Positions 36,077 through 48,830 of a stretch of 64,000 nucleotides of DNA are shown one piece after another (position 1 is the stretch's first letter; each line of letters starts with the position of its first letter). The notes beneath the pieces are model-generated. The model was not told the origin of the DNA. It saw only the letters and a program-made list of their open reading frames with translations, and made no database searches. The translations under genes were made by a program, and so were the position numbers. This DNA comes from Camelus ferus. Lineage: Eukaryota. The stretch lies in NCBI RefSeq assembly GCF_009834535.1, contig NC_045697.1, positions 24,368,001-24,432,000 of the forward strand. The letters run 5' to 3'.

Positions 36077-39000
36077 AAGAAGTGAGAAGAATCGTGGAAA
36101 CATGCATTAACAGTTTTTTAAGAAATAAAAAAAAAATCACAACAGATGTTTTCTGACATAAAGCTTGCTTTGGCTGATTGACCTTAAGAACTGGCTTTTC
36201 TGATTAGTTTACAGTGGTCATTATCTATAAAAAGAAAATCTGCAATTCTAAGATTTGATGAAAATGTTCTCAAGGCATATAAAAATATACCTTATGCTTT
36301 ATGCAAATATCTCCAGTTGTGATAAAATATTTAGATTTCAATTCAAAATTTGCTCTGTTGCTAGTTTTCCCAGAATTATTTTGAGGGATACAGAAGCAAA
36401 AATGTTTGAACACTACATATCCAGTTCCTTCTAATATTAATGCAACTAATATTGTATTAGGCAGAGAGGGAGTGGACAAGAAAATATTAAAACCTTTTAC
36501 CTTAAAAAAAGGAAATAGAAATGTAGTAAACATTTTGAACCCTAAGACTCTGCTTTATCGCCCCCAATGCATGTGATCCTTTTCAAGTTTAGGAAGCAGT
36601 GTGAAATGCCCATTTCTTGGGTATCTTTAAGTTTTATATATTTATATATATTTTTTACAAAAACATTAAAACTAGCATTTTGAGGTGAACATCCCAGCAA
36701 ACACAGGGAGACAGTTGTAGTTCAGAAGGCAAGGCTAGCCCACTTGTGATTTATAATCAAGTTTATCAAGAATAATAATCAAACACCAGACAGAAGCCTT
36801 CCTTTGGAGAGAGGGAGAATGATTCAAAAAGTTTTTGCAAAACGAGACCAGACCGTTCTACCTGTTAAGACCCAATCTAAGTGAATCTTTCTATTTCTCC
36901 CTGAAATGAATCGACGATGGTCTTAGAGTGATGGAAACTTAGAGTAACAGTGATTATGAAGAATTTCTCTTGGAAAGATTTTGAACTATGCCACACAGGC
37001 TGTGTTAATAATGAAGCTGTAGCTACTGAGGTGAACTCATCTAACTTACACAAGAGCCGTAATATAAACAGCCTACCAAGAGAGATACACAGACATGCAA
37101 ATATTTGCAAGAGAATTTATTACATTCTCTATGGGAAAACAGATTAAAGTGGAAGAAAATGCACATAAGCCTTTTAACAGTGAAAAATATTAACTAAAAG
37201 ACAAAGCTGTCAAAAACCATATTCCCAGGAAGTTGGAGGATGATTGCAGGTTCCCAGAGCTGCAAAGTGAATCAAATAAATTTCATTTTGTTATTTAGTT
37301 GCTGAGAATGAAGTCTTTCTAGATGAGCAGGAAATATTTCCTTCCCTTTGTAAATGTTACCTTCCTTTTATTTATTTGAAGCAGCTGTTGGAAAACAATG
37401 AAATTTGGAGCCTCGTTGAGGATAATAGATTTTATTAACCACAAATTTATTTGCATATACAAGCATACCAGACCCACAAGGGAAATTAGTTGAACTAGAA
37501 AAGCTTGAACAAAAGAAGTGTGTGTAGAAACCACACGGCCTTGAGATGGTTCATTTTCGGGTATGATACTCGGTTTTGTCATTTTGATCTTTCTTGCTAA
37601 TATAATGATCCAATATAATTCTAAATTTTCAAGTTAGATGGATAATCTAACTGAGCTGGTTATTGCTCTCACTACTCTGAAGGACAGCCTTCTGCTTGTG
37701 GTGATCGGTTTGGCTACATTTTCTTAAATTCACATTTTCATGTAACATCTCACACTAAGACATGTCTGTACCAGTTTGATCATTCCGGGACAATAGACAA
37801 TATTTCAATGCCTAAGTAAAACAGATTTAATTGCTAAACGAGATTTCAAGGAACTGAACTTCATTTTAATCACAAACAAGCTGCAAGGCAATTTTCAATT
37901 ACAGCAAGCTTTTTATTTTTCTCCAGCTGTGTGTCCCTGCTGATTCCTGAAATTACATGTAAGTTGTCCCAGATTTTGAAGTGGTGTACCTACTGAGGTT
38001 TTTCTTTTGTCAGTTGATGAAGTATCTGTGATTAGAACCTAAATAAATTGGCATTTATAAGATGCATTACCCCACCCCATATATTTCAGGACATGATGAT
38101 TGAGCATGAAGAAGGTCTGAGATATCCCCTAGTGACAGAAGTGTTCCTAATTAGGCTGCTGGTGTTGCAAGTACTCACCTCTTCTGCAGGAACATCAAAA
38201 GATAATGTAGGAACTGAGGCCTAGAAAAAGTAATCTATTGGGTATTAGACAATCAGGTCAATAATGTATTGTATTTTCAAAGTTCTACAACGTTTGAGCT
38301 TTTAGAGAAGTTTGCCATGTGAGACCCAGAGTTTATCAATTATTATTGTCTTACTACCAAGCCGGAGTGTGGGGGAAGTTGAAACAGATGTCCTTAATTT
38401 TGGAGCGTTGGAAAAATTCTAGCTTTTAAGAGAAATCAAGGTTAGCATCATTTAAAGATACAGAGGAACAATGCTAATAGAACACAGGAAAGAAAAAAAA
38501 GTTTCATTTCAGCTTGCAGAATTGACTTGTTTTCCTTACTAATCTAATCACTACTATTACTAATTACTATTTATTTTTTCTGTTGCTTTTTCTTTGTCCT
38601 TTTATTTATTCAATAATCACTCACCAAATATGTAATTGATAGTGATTATATGAAAAATTTTACTATTTTTGTGAAGTACTGATTTACACAAAGATATTTA
38701 CAAAGACATAGGAGGATCACAATAAAAAGTGAGAAAGTCTAGGATATCCAGATAAGATAAAACATGACAAAGATTACGAGAAGAAAATAAAAATGATATT
38801 AGGTCACTCCAAATCAAATTTGTATAACTTTAACAGCAGATATGAGGGGGTAGATTATCCTAGGAATGAGGGAATAGTATAAAGGCACAAAAGAAAAAAG
38901 AAATCAGCAATTGGGTTTCAAGATTATAGGTAATAATTTGTGGATTCATCTTAGACTGGGAATGATAGGTCAATGTAAAATTATAAAAGACTATTTTCTT

Positions 39001-40231
39001 GGCAATGTAAGGTATCAGAAAGGCTTAACAAGAAGAGTGCATTAAAAAAACAAAAAGTTTTGAGAAAATTAATGAGATGCAGTATCTAGATATGTTGCAG
39101 GAGTTAGAAAGTGGGGGCCAAGAAAATCACTTGAGGGGAATTTTGCTAAAATTAGAGCTATTTAATGGCTGAGGTGGGCAGTTGACTCTCAGACTTACTG
39201 GCTGCTGTGGGTGTTGACTGTGAGACTTGAGGATAGGCATTGAAAATTGGAAAATGTGAAAAGAAATAGTGAACTGGAAATATATGTTGATGGGCTGGAA
39301 AACAATGCAAATTAAACAAAATTAAACTTAAAAATCAGCTTAAATTTAAAAAAAAATCCAAAAATCTTAATTATTTTCTTTGTAATAAACTGTTTTAACT
39401 GAAAGTTTTGATTTGGGAATTAAATTAAAAAAAAATACAAACATTTACATAAGTTATAAATCTGGAGATGCAGAAACCAGTAACTATTTTTCCCATAACC
39501 TAACTTTCTTTGTCAAGTTTCTCTACTCATTAACACACCAGCAACAATGAGGACTTAAGAGCTACCTATAAGAACACTAATAGTGTGAAGATTTACACCT
39601 TCTAAAGGGGATTCCTTAACGCTGATGTCAGCTCAGCTAACTGTAGAAATGTTAGACATGTCTGTGAATTTTAATTTATAGCAAATTTTCTGGTCTTCAA
39701 GATGACCACCAGTCCTGTTGCACAATTGCTGTGTTATATAACTTTATTCTAATTTCCATATAACTCTGTATCACATGTATGTGTGGGTATGTGCACACAT
39801 AAAATCCAAGGAGGATGACACCTGACAAGAGTGACTAAAGAAAGGTAGGAAATCACTCACCACTTGGCACACAGTTGAATATTTCTGCTTAGCAGAATAT
39901 CTATAACCAAATATCTTTTTTCCTTATAGTTCTAGCTAGTTCCTCATTGCCTTCCTAGACCTTTTCAAGTAATCTCAATTATTATGAATGAATTCAGCTC
40001 ACAGGGAAATTGATATTGAATATAACACCTAATAATTATTATAAATAATTTTAATAATACTTTGATTTATAATAAAATAATAATTTAATTTACAATATAA
40101 GATAAATTGTGAATTATAAAATAGTGCTCATGGATATTTTATTTTAAAAATATTGCCCTTTGACATTACATGTCATTTCCTTATTTTGTGCTAAACATCA
40201 CTGAATACTTAATACATATTCTTATTTCCCC

Positions 40232-40606
40232 TGTTTAAAAAATATTCAGCTGAGTAAATTTGAAGATCTAATTGATTTTATTCAACAATCCATGAACCAG
40301 GCAGTATCCCATCTAGTAAACAGAAAAGTTCCGGAAGGCACTCTAAAAAATGGAAAGAGTTTTACAAAGGAGCTGGACAAGGAAGTTATTAGCAAAAGAA
40401 AAGGAAAGATTGTGGAGCCTAAGTCACCTGCCCTCAGGGGAAAAGGCAGGAGGGTTTATCATGCAGATTACCTCACTAGGGCTGACCAGGAATATCCAGA
40501 CTGATTGATTTGAAATTTTACTCCTGGGCAATTAGGTTCAATATTAAGTCTTGGTGAGGCTTAGCACGAATGGCTCCATTTTGGGCTGCTTGTTTCTCTT
40601 TTAACA
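40232..40606 (-). mobile_element. ERV1-type solo LTR (375 bp)
   Basis: TGTTTAAAA...TTTTAACA termini; TTTATT near the left end; perfect TSD CCCC at 40228-40231 and 40607-40610. Confidence 0.8.
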
Positions 40607-40905
40607 CCCCAGATTGAAAAACCAATAAAAAATGTTTATACCGTAATAGAATAAATATATTTCAACTAGGGTGCAGAGATTTTTATTAAAAATGTTTTTT
40701 TTCCCTCATTATTTTCTACTTCCTGTGAACCTATCAATTAGGTATTTTACATTTGTGTAATATATATAGAAAAGTCAGTCTTTCTGTATCTGTAGTAAAT
40801 ATAAGAAATTAATCCCACAAGAAATAGCTTTATCTTGAAATGAATATCAATTTACCATATTTTGAAGTTCATATTTCACTGACAGATTTATTCTGTTAGT
40901 GAATA

Positions 40906-41356
40906 TGTAATAGGGAAGAATAACTCTGACTCTGTATTAGATCTGTTTCATTTACTTTAACCCTTGTACTCTATCACTTGTTAATCACTAAAGGGTTGTT
41001 GCCTGTGAACTTAAATGGCCCATCTCTGGGAACCCTGCCTCCCAGGGAATGAGCGTTCAGCTCAGGAGAAACAACCTGACCAGGCCCACCTGTGAATGAC
41101 TGCAGGAAGGAAGAAATTAACACATCCCCTAGGGAGGCTGACCAGAAAAGGAAATGCTTGACTTTACTCCCTCCTCTTTTAGTATAAAAGAAGCCTGAAT
41201 TTTAACTCAGGTAAGATGGTTCTTTGGAATGCTAGTCCACAATCTTCTTGGTCTACTGGCTTTTTGAATAAAGTCACTGTTCCTTGCCCCAGTGATTCAT
41301 CTCTTGATTTATTGGCCTGTTGTGCAGCGAGCATTATGAGCTTGGACTTGGTAACA
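40906..41356 (+). mobile_element. ERV1-type solo LTR (451 bp)
   Basis: TGTAATAGGG...GGTAACA; TATAAAA at ~41183; AATAAA at ~41267; TSD AATA/AACA. Confidence 0.88.
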
Positions 41357-42234
41357 AACATTTTAATACTGTATTTTAATAACTAATTCTAGTTATAAAT
41401 TCCTGTATAGTATTTATTTTTGGCATTAAAAAACTTTCTTATAGGAGAAAGGGTGAAAAATTAAGAACCTAAATTGTAAATTAACTTTCATTAGGTGATA
41501 GTGCTTTGTATGTATTAGATTTTTAGGTATTTAATTTCCATTATTCCTACCAGAGGAGTAAAAGTTAAAAAAAAAAATAACCTATGATATGATAATGAAG
41601 ATATTATTATAGTGGGCTTTAATTTTCAATAAGCAAATACAAATAATTTTATAGTGTTTTGAATACAGTTCTCTTATATCAGTCAGTTTCTGCGGTTGTA
41701 TGTATGTAAGAAAAACTAACCCTGGTTAGCTTAAGAAGAGAATGAATTTATTGGAAAGATAATAGATAGTTTAAAAATTCACAGGCTTGAAAAACAGGGA
41801 CTAAGGGGAAGTTGGCTGCAGTAAAACAAACAGGAGGTCAAGTCATAGTAAGGCCTCTGTATACAGCTCAGTTACCAATAATTATTCTCCAATTCATTTT
41901 AAATAAGATCCTTCTACAGTGAGATTTCTCTGTTGTTCCTGCATATTGTAACTATGGCCTCAACAGTCATAGCACCTACCAGAGCCTCTTACTGGTCAGG
42001 AATAGAACATAGGCCTGTGACCAAGCTAAGCAGGGAGAGGAAACATCTACCATCTTTCATCTGAAATATTTAGTCTAGGAAGAATACTAAATCTGAAAAG
42101 TTATGCCTCGGTGGTATACTGGAATGAGAGATAATGAGACACTGATGTGTGCAAAGATGAGTATAATTTAGGTAAAAAGAAAAGGAATGTTACTTCAGCT
42201 AACTGGAGCACTGGTTATTAAAAGGATATGAAAA

Positions 42235-42635
42235 GACTTCTGGTTTCAGCTCCACCATGTGAATAGTTTAGTAATCATTACTCCCATCTTTACAACAAAT
42301 ACAAGCTGAACAAACTCAAGATCAGTGACTTTCTTTGAGCTTACAAAATGCCATCTCAACATCTGTAAAGATAAGTGAATCCAGAAGGTCACAAATGAGA
42401 CCTGCTCACCAGGAGAAGCTGCTAATCTCATAAACAGGTAGGAAAAATTAAATGATAATTTTAATGAATTGCTTTGGGTGTAGCCAAGGAAAGAATAAAT
42501 GAGCCTAAAGATACATCAGTAGTAACTCCCCAAACTGAAATGAGGAGAGACAAAAATGAAAATTAACAACAAAACAAAACATCCAGGAACAATGGAACAA
42601 TTTCAGGTGGTGTAACAAACATGTAAGAAGTGCTA
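42235..42635 (+). mobile_element. Old L1 5' end and ORF1 fragments
   Basis: GACTTCTGGTTTCAGCTCC start typical of L1M 5' ends; ORF1-like CCAGGAACAATGGAACAATTTCAGG. Confidence 0.55.
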
Positions 42636-42649
42636 GTAATCTTTTAAAC

Positions 42650-43825
42650 ACTGCATTCCTTATTGCTTTAGTGAATGGAATGCCCTCTGGGTCTTCCCGT
42701 CAAAAAGAATAGGCAGATGGGTTTTATTAGTGTATTTATTCTAATATCCTCACTTTTCTGAACCTTATTATTCTTCCTTCTACCATCTGCCTTGCATTTT
42801 TGGTTTATCAGTTTTACTATGGAATATTGCTTCTCCAAGCTTCCAAAAGTCATTCTAGCATCATTTTAGCACATCTCCCAGAATCCTCACTGAGGTGTTA
42901 AATCCTGTGTTCTGAGAAAGTGCAGCCGTATCAAAGAACTTATCCAATTTTCTGTTGCTTCCCAGTATCCTCAGGGTCCAACCACAAATGTGGTTCTGTG
43001 GCTCTTGCCAGAACATTTCGGCTTAAAGACCTGCAGCTTCTTCAGCATATAGTCTCTTTTTTTCTTTTACCAGATGGAGCACTTGCTTATCCAGATTCTG
43101 TTGTGTTTTGACCCCAGTTCCTCCTCTAGTGGCCAGGAAGGCAGGTGGGAATGAGGTAGGGCATGTTTTATTCTATAATAGGGACTCTGTACTGTCTTTA
43201 AATAAGGAAGGGCTGACATGGAGGAGATGGCCACTTCAGTAAACCCAAAGTATTTCCGGGAATCGAAGGATTCATGATTTTTCAGTGCATCAATCCCCAT
43301 GTCCCTAATCCAACTCATACAGTGTCCATTTTCTCTGTAAAACACCTAATCTTGGCATAACAGATTTTCTGGAGTTGAGAATTTAACTTTTGACACTCTG
43401 ATACCCTCTTAATGAAATCCTGTGACTGCTTCTCATTTTCCTTCTGGCCTCTTGTTGAAGGAGGGGATTATCTCTTTATACGCTACCCGTTTGTTAATCC
43501 CTCTGGTTTTCACATTTTGCCATACACTGGTGATTATTTACCTTCAGCCTTTTATTGTCTTTAACGAATCTATCAACCTCAGCCAGATTATTACACAGTC
43601 CTTATAATCACTGATTCTTTTGTGCCTCTCAATGTCCTGAGATACCACACCTGACAATTCATATGCTTACACTGGCATCTCAACCTAGTTCAACCCCAGT
43701 CACAATTTAACGTTTTACCATAACAGTATACCCGGAGCGATCCATCCATGAAAGGGCCCCTTTGCCCGCCTACTACAAAATCCCATTTTATAACTTGCTT
43801 TCCAAATCACTCAAAACACCAACTA
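42650..43825 (-). mobile_element. ERVL (HERV16-like) internal 5'/gag remnant
   Basis: Abuts the LTR at 43826 through a PBS-like junction (minus strand AGTTGGTG); degenerate ERVL gag-like text; no intact ORF. Confidence 0.5.
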
Positions 43826-44100
43826 TCTTAGTTTGAGTTTCTCAGGAAACAGATTCAGATAGAGATTTGCATACAATAAGTTTATTTGGCGATACCCTTG
43901 GGAACAACATCTCTTAAGAGTGAAGGAAGCAGATGGTAGGATACGCTGAACTGTGGTACTTTTGCAACAGAGGCTTGTGCCAGTCCTACAGGTAGCTGTG
44001 GAGCAGGGATGACCTTTCAGAATTAGAGCCTAATGAAGGCAAGAAGCCAGGTCTTACACAGTATACCCTGCTGACCAGTTACTGTGTGAGGCAGGTATTC
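43826..44100 (-). mobile_element. LTR16-like ERVL LTR (5' LTR of the remnant)
   Basis: GGAAACAGATTCAGATAGAGATTTGC...GTTTATT...GGGAACAACA...GGATGACCTTTCAGA resembles recalled LTR16 antisense. Confidence 0.6.
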
Positions 44101-44204
44101 ATAATGTTAATGGCCAAAGACACAGCACTCTTAAGTTTATTCTCCATTATTATAATTCTCCATTTTTCTTCAATCTAGACAATTAAAAAAAAAAAAAGAA
44201 AAGA

Positions 44205-44570
44205 AAATCAAACCCTGGTTTGTAGTGTTTGCAGAGTTCTGTGGTATATATATTCCTACCATAGCTGATTTGAAACTTTGATATAAGGGGCCCACCACAG
44301 AGTTGGAAAGAGATGTGTAGTAACATGCAGTTCCAGAAATGCAAGAGATGTAACTATAATAGCATAAGTTAGAGGAAAATGTAGTAAAATGACTGGGACA
44401 TGATGACTTTTGTGTATTTAAAACACTTTAAAATGTAATTTACTTAACTGTAACTATGTAATTTAATTTTTAAACATAACTGTCTGAAAACTATCTCACA
44501 AATTTTCTGAATATTTACAAATTGGCTCTGGCGAGCTACTTACTACAAGCTGTCTTGATCAAACTACTGC
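44205..44570 (-). mobile_element. MER63-like hAT DNA transposon remnant
   Basis: AAATTTTCTGAATATTTACAAATTGGCTCTGGCGAGC matches the recalled MER63 terminus in antisense. Confidence 0.55.
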
Positions 44571-45019
44571 CTCCCATCATTAGACTCAGTGAATATATGA
44601 CCCATATTAAACTTAAATGCATCAATATTAACTTGCACTTTCATCATTTGGCCACTTGTGTTGGAAAACTAACAAACCCTAAACCCATACTAAAAGCATT
44701 TCTTGTATTCCTCCATGTAACTGAGTTCCTAAGAGTTTTTCCTCTAGAACAGAGGTGCCCAGAAGGGAGTCTGGTGTGAACACTAAGACTTTTGTCAAAA
44801 AATTGTATGTTTCATTGCTTATTCGTCCTATTTCAGGGGGACACTGATGATTAGTTTAAATTTTTAACTTTATACTCTCTCTACTTACATCTTAGCAGTA
44901 GAGGAGTACACTTGCAGCCTGTGGGTCAGAGAAGAAGGCACCAGGGATGTGGCCTGGGAACTGGGCGTGAACAACACGTGTTAGTCCTCTTGCCCGATCT
45001 CTCTGACACTATGACTTCA

Positions 45020-45225
45020 TGTTAACTAAGCAACTGTCAAGAATTATAGAAAGCATGCTACATGCATTATCACAATGAATATTATTATTATCCACATTTA
45101 TTTATAAAGAAATAGAGGCACAAAAGTGTTAAGCAGATTGTTCAAAGACACACAGTTCTTGTTGAACAGTGGAGCCAAGATTAAGCCCAAGTTCTATAAA
45201 TTCAGAAGCTTACCAATTTCATCTA
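45020..45225 (-). mobile_element. MIR SINE
   Basis: ATTATTATCCACATTTTA...GAAATAGAGGCACAAAAGTGTTAAG...TTCAAAGACACACAG. Confidence 0.65.
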
Positions 45226-47629
45226 TTAATTACTCTAATTAAACATATCTTTGTATAAGTCTTAATCATGAAAATAAGTGTATTTTTAAAAATTTATGTT
45301 GCATAATTACCAACAGCATCAAGTTCAGTGTTATGCTTTAAATAGAAGCCATTATTAGCACATTACAGCTGCCTTAACATATGGTTTGTAAAAAATTGTA
45401 GAAAATATAGTGATCATTTGTGCTTTAAGTATTTACAGATAAGGCAAACAGAATAAGTAGCATTTCTACATCTGTTATCACAGGAACCAAAGAAAAACAC
45501 CGAAGTTAGGACTAGTAAGCTATTTACTAACCAATGTCTGGGACATTTCAAACAGGTAGCTTAAATAAATTCTAGTTGATTCAGTAGCTCAGGCAATGTT
45601 CTTGAAAAGTTGGATCAATATCATTGCTGATTTGCTCAATTGTGTAAATTGTAGTGATCAATCTTGTTTTAAAAAATGTTTTGGAGCTGGTAGAAAAGAG
45701 GGGTATACAGTTTATGAAGATGAATAATACAGACAACACTTCTCTAATAAGGAATTGCTAAGAATTAATTTTGCCCTTGATAGTGTATTTGTGGACATAT
45801 TTTCAGGTACTCATAGAAATGTAAACTTTAATTTCAAAAGCAATGTATTTTCCTTTAGCACATAAAGCACTACAACATTTCACCATGGTGACTGATCAAT
45901 GTGGTGATGACTTTTGAAACAAGTGAGTAAATAAATGAAATTTAAATCACACCCTCAGGGAAAAAAATTACCTCAAGTTCAACTTTCCAAAAACTCTGTT
46001 GAAGATAATTAGATGTAAGTGAATATAGAATGTTAAATAGCACAGACATATTTTTAAAAAGAATACTAATATATTATTTTATTCTTTGTTCTATCTATCA
46101 TCTATCACATAGTGCTATCAATTTATCAAATGCAAATACATGTCATCAACAGTTATTATTACATCAAATACATAAGCAAATGTCTGTATTATATATATAT
46201 TTTTATGTGTACTTTCATATACATGTTCACATATCCATTTTTGAAGTAATTATTCATACTTATTAAAAACAGATTTATGTGAGTATTGTAAGATGAATTA
46301 CCCTCTGAGTTCTTGTTAAGCCAATGGCCCCCTTTTGAGTCAAGTGCCCAGACACAGTTCTGTGTATGTGGGTTGCCATGCCTTGGGTCTGATGACCAGA
46401 AGGATTTCCTCAGAGCTGATTGTACTACAGATTGTTGCCTGACTAAAAGTTATGCTAAATGTAAGGGAGGCCAGTGGCTTTATGAGGAAGACTGATTTAG
46501 AAACCCTGTTAACCTACCCAATCAAACTTTTTTTTGAGAATTGGTTAATATGAGATATACAAGGGATTTTTGCAGGCAGTTGAGTGGAGTAAAATCCAAG
46601 TGCTATATACAGAAAGATCCATTTCACAGTAAAAATTAAGAATAAAGAGAAGTGTTAGGGTAAAGGTAAGACAGAAAAAAAGAAAGTTGGAACATGAGAA
46701 ACAGATGCAGTAGACACCGCAGCGATGTGTAAGACTTGAGTCATGCATTATTTTGGTGCTATTCAACCTGATATAGTTTCATCAGTGACATTTCACTTGA
46801 CCTTGGGGCTTTCATTTTATTTGTTGAAGCATTTTCTTCATTTCCTTTCTTTTATGCACAGTTTTACAGTTAAAAGCTCACACCAGTAGAGGTAAGCTAA
46901 CCATTATTACTGTTGCTTGATATCTGAGTCAAAGTATTTCAATGTGAATGTATGTACATAAAAATGCATATGTATGTATATATGTGTACAAAATTTATTA
47001 AGCAATTTACATCTTTCATCCTAAAATGATTATACAGCACATATCTTACATTCCTTGTTCTTTCTGTGTCTCGGGAGAACTTCAAAAGCTTTTGTGAGAA
47101 GTTACAGAGGCATCAATATTTTAGATGTTTCCAAAGGAAGTGGCAGGCAATTACAGGTTTCTCATTGCCGGATAGTTATATTCACAGAAAAAATATGTGG
47201 AACTTTATATCCATCATCCATCCCATACATCTCTTAGAACTAGCTGAAATTTTAGGTCTGTTTTTATTGGAGAAAGGAACAACATGAAGAGTCATTACAA
47301 GGGAACGTTATTGAACTTCATCTCTTCTTCATGGCAAGGAAGAAGAACAGCTCTTTTATGAGTGAAGCAAAAAGCAATATGAAAGCAGAGAGCAGAATGA
47401 AGCTTAGCAGTGTAAACTGGCCCAGGGAATTCAGAGACTTATTAATACTCCGAAGAGTCTGCAGGAGGTGTAGCATTCTGCTTGTGTTCTAACTTACCCA
47501 CAAGCTTATGGTTTAGGCACACTCCTTTCTGGACTCATAGGAGCAGCACAATTTTGCTGTTACATCAAGAGACATCATGGGGAAGTGCTCCAAGAACAAT
47601 GTATGAAGCTTAGCGTTTGCAAAGTTTTG

Positions 47630-48030
47630 TGTTTATGTCATCAGAAGCCATTTACGTCAATCTTCTCAGTGTTTCATTGAGAAACATGAGGCCCAGAACC
47701 ATTAAGTAATTAGCTCAAGGTCACGAAGGTAGCTATTATCAGATCCAGGACAGCATGATTTTTAAAATTCTTATTTCAATTTTTATTCTACTTCCTATGT
47801 TTTCCCCACCATTGCATAGATCCAACAATTTCTGCCTCATGGTACAAATCTTCAACTGATGTTCACAAGGTTTGTGTTTGTACTTGACTTAAAATCTGGC
47901 CTACTGAGAGATTTACTGCATTGTAGAAAACTGAGATTCAAGGAGTTTAAATAAATCACCCTTAGTAACAGAGCTTAACAAGGTGGAAAATTGAAGTGTG
48001 TATCTATCTGATTCTTGAGAACAACTTCAG
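47630..48030 (-). mobile_element. Two MIR remnants
   Basis: GAGAAACATGAGGCCCAG...GCTCAAGGTCAC and GAAAACTGAGATTCAAGGAGTTTAAATAA cores. Confidence 0.55.
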
Positions 48031-48609
48031 TTTATACTCAGTTTCTGCTTAGTCTACATTTTTGTGCACAATCCAATTTCACTAGTTAAGACTCTAAAGA
48101 TTGCCTTCTTAGTGGGTTGACCATTACTCCTTATTCTGAATGTTTCTGCCTTTGGTATTCTTTCATTCTTTGAGTTCGGGGCTAGTTTAGAGCAATAGAA
48201 CAATGGAAAACCTCTGCCAGGAATTCTTACCAGTGTGCAGCTTTAGCATTTCTCAGTATGATTTTTCCTTTTGTTATTTATATCATGGATCTTGTATATC
48301 AATATTGTTGGAGAGGCTGTAGATGTTTATATGTATTTAATGGTATGTCTTCCGAGGAATAAATATAGAGTTTAGAATATAAATTTACACGATTTGCTGG
48401 AGAAGTAATAACTTCATGTGCTCCAAGGCATAAATCCCCCAAAACAACTGAAGAACTAAAATTGTGACAAAAAGGAGAAAAATTCTTTTTAGAGTTTATA
48501 GTATTGCTTCTCCCTATCTGCAAAAATAAATACCTGAATAAATAGACAAATAAATAAAAACAACCAATCAAGGAAAATATGGCAAAGCCAGTTTCAATTA
48601 TTTTATTTG

Positions 48610-48830
48610 GTCACTCATTCATTCAATGAATATTTTCTGAGCTCCAATAGATGAAGAACACTAGGTTGAATGGTGTAGAATATCGGAGGCCTTGGTTTTC
48701 TGTGTAACTCACTTAAGAGGTTATAAATGTGAATTGTAGCACAGAGAGTGGTGCTATGTGTAATAAGACAGATGTAATGTTTACTGCTACCCACTAGAGA
48801 GTCATTAGAGTACACAGAGCAGATAGTCAA
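48610..48830 (-). mobile_element. L2 3' end
   Basis: CACTCATTCATTCAATGAATATTTTCTGAGC start. Confidence 0.55.

Noticed and set aside
35490..36560. Possible Charlie-type DNA transposon remnant around the SINE
   Set aside because: Resemblance too weak to set boundaries or family.
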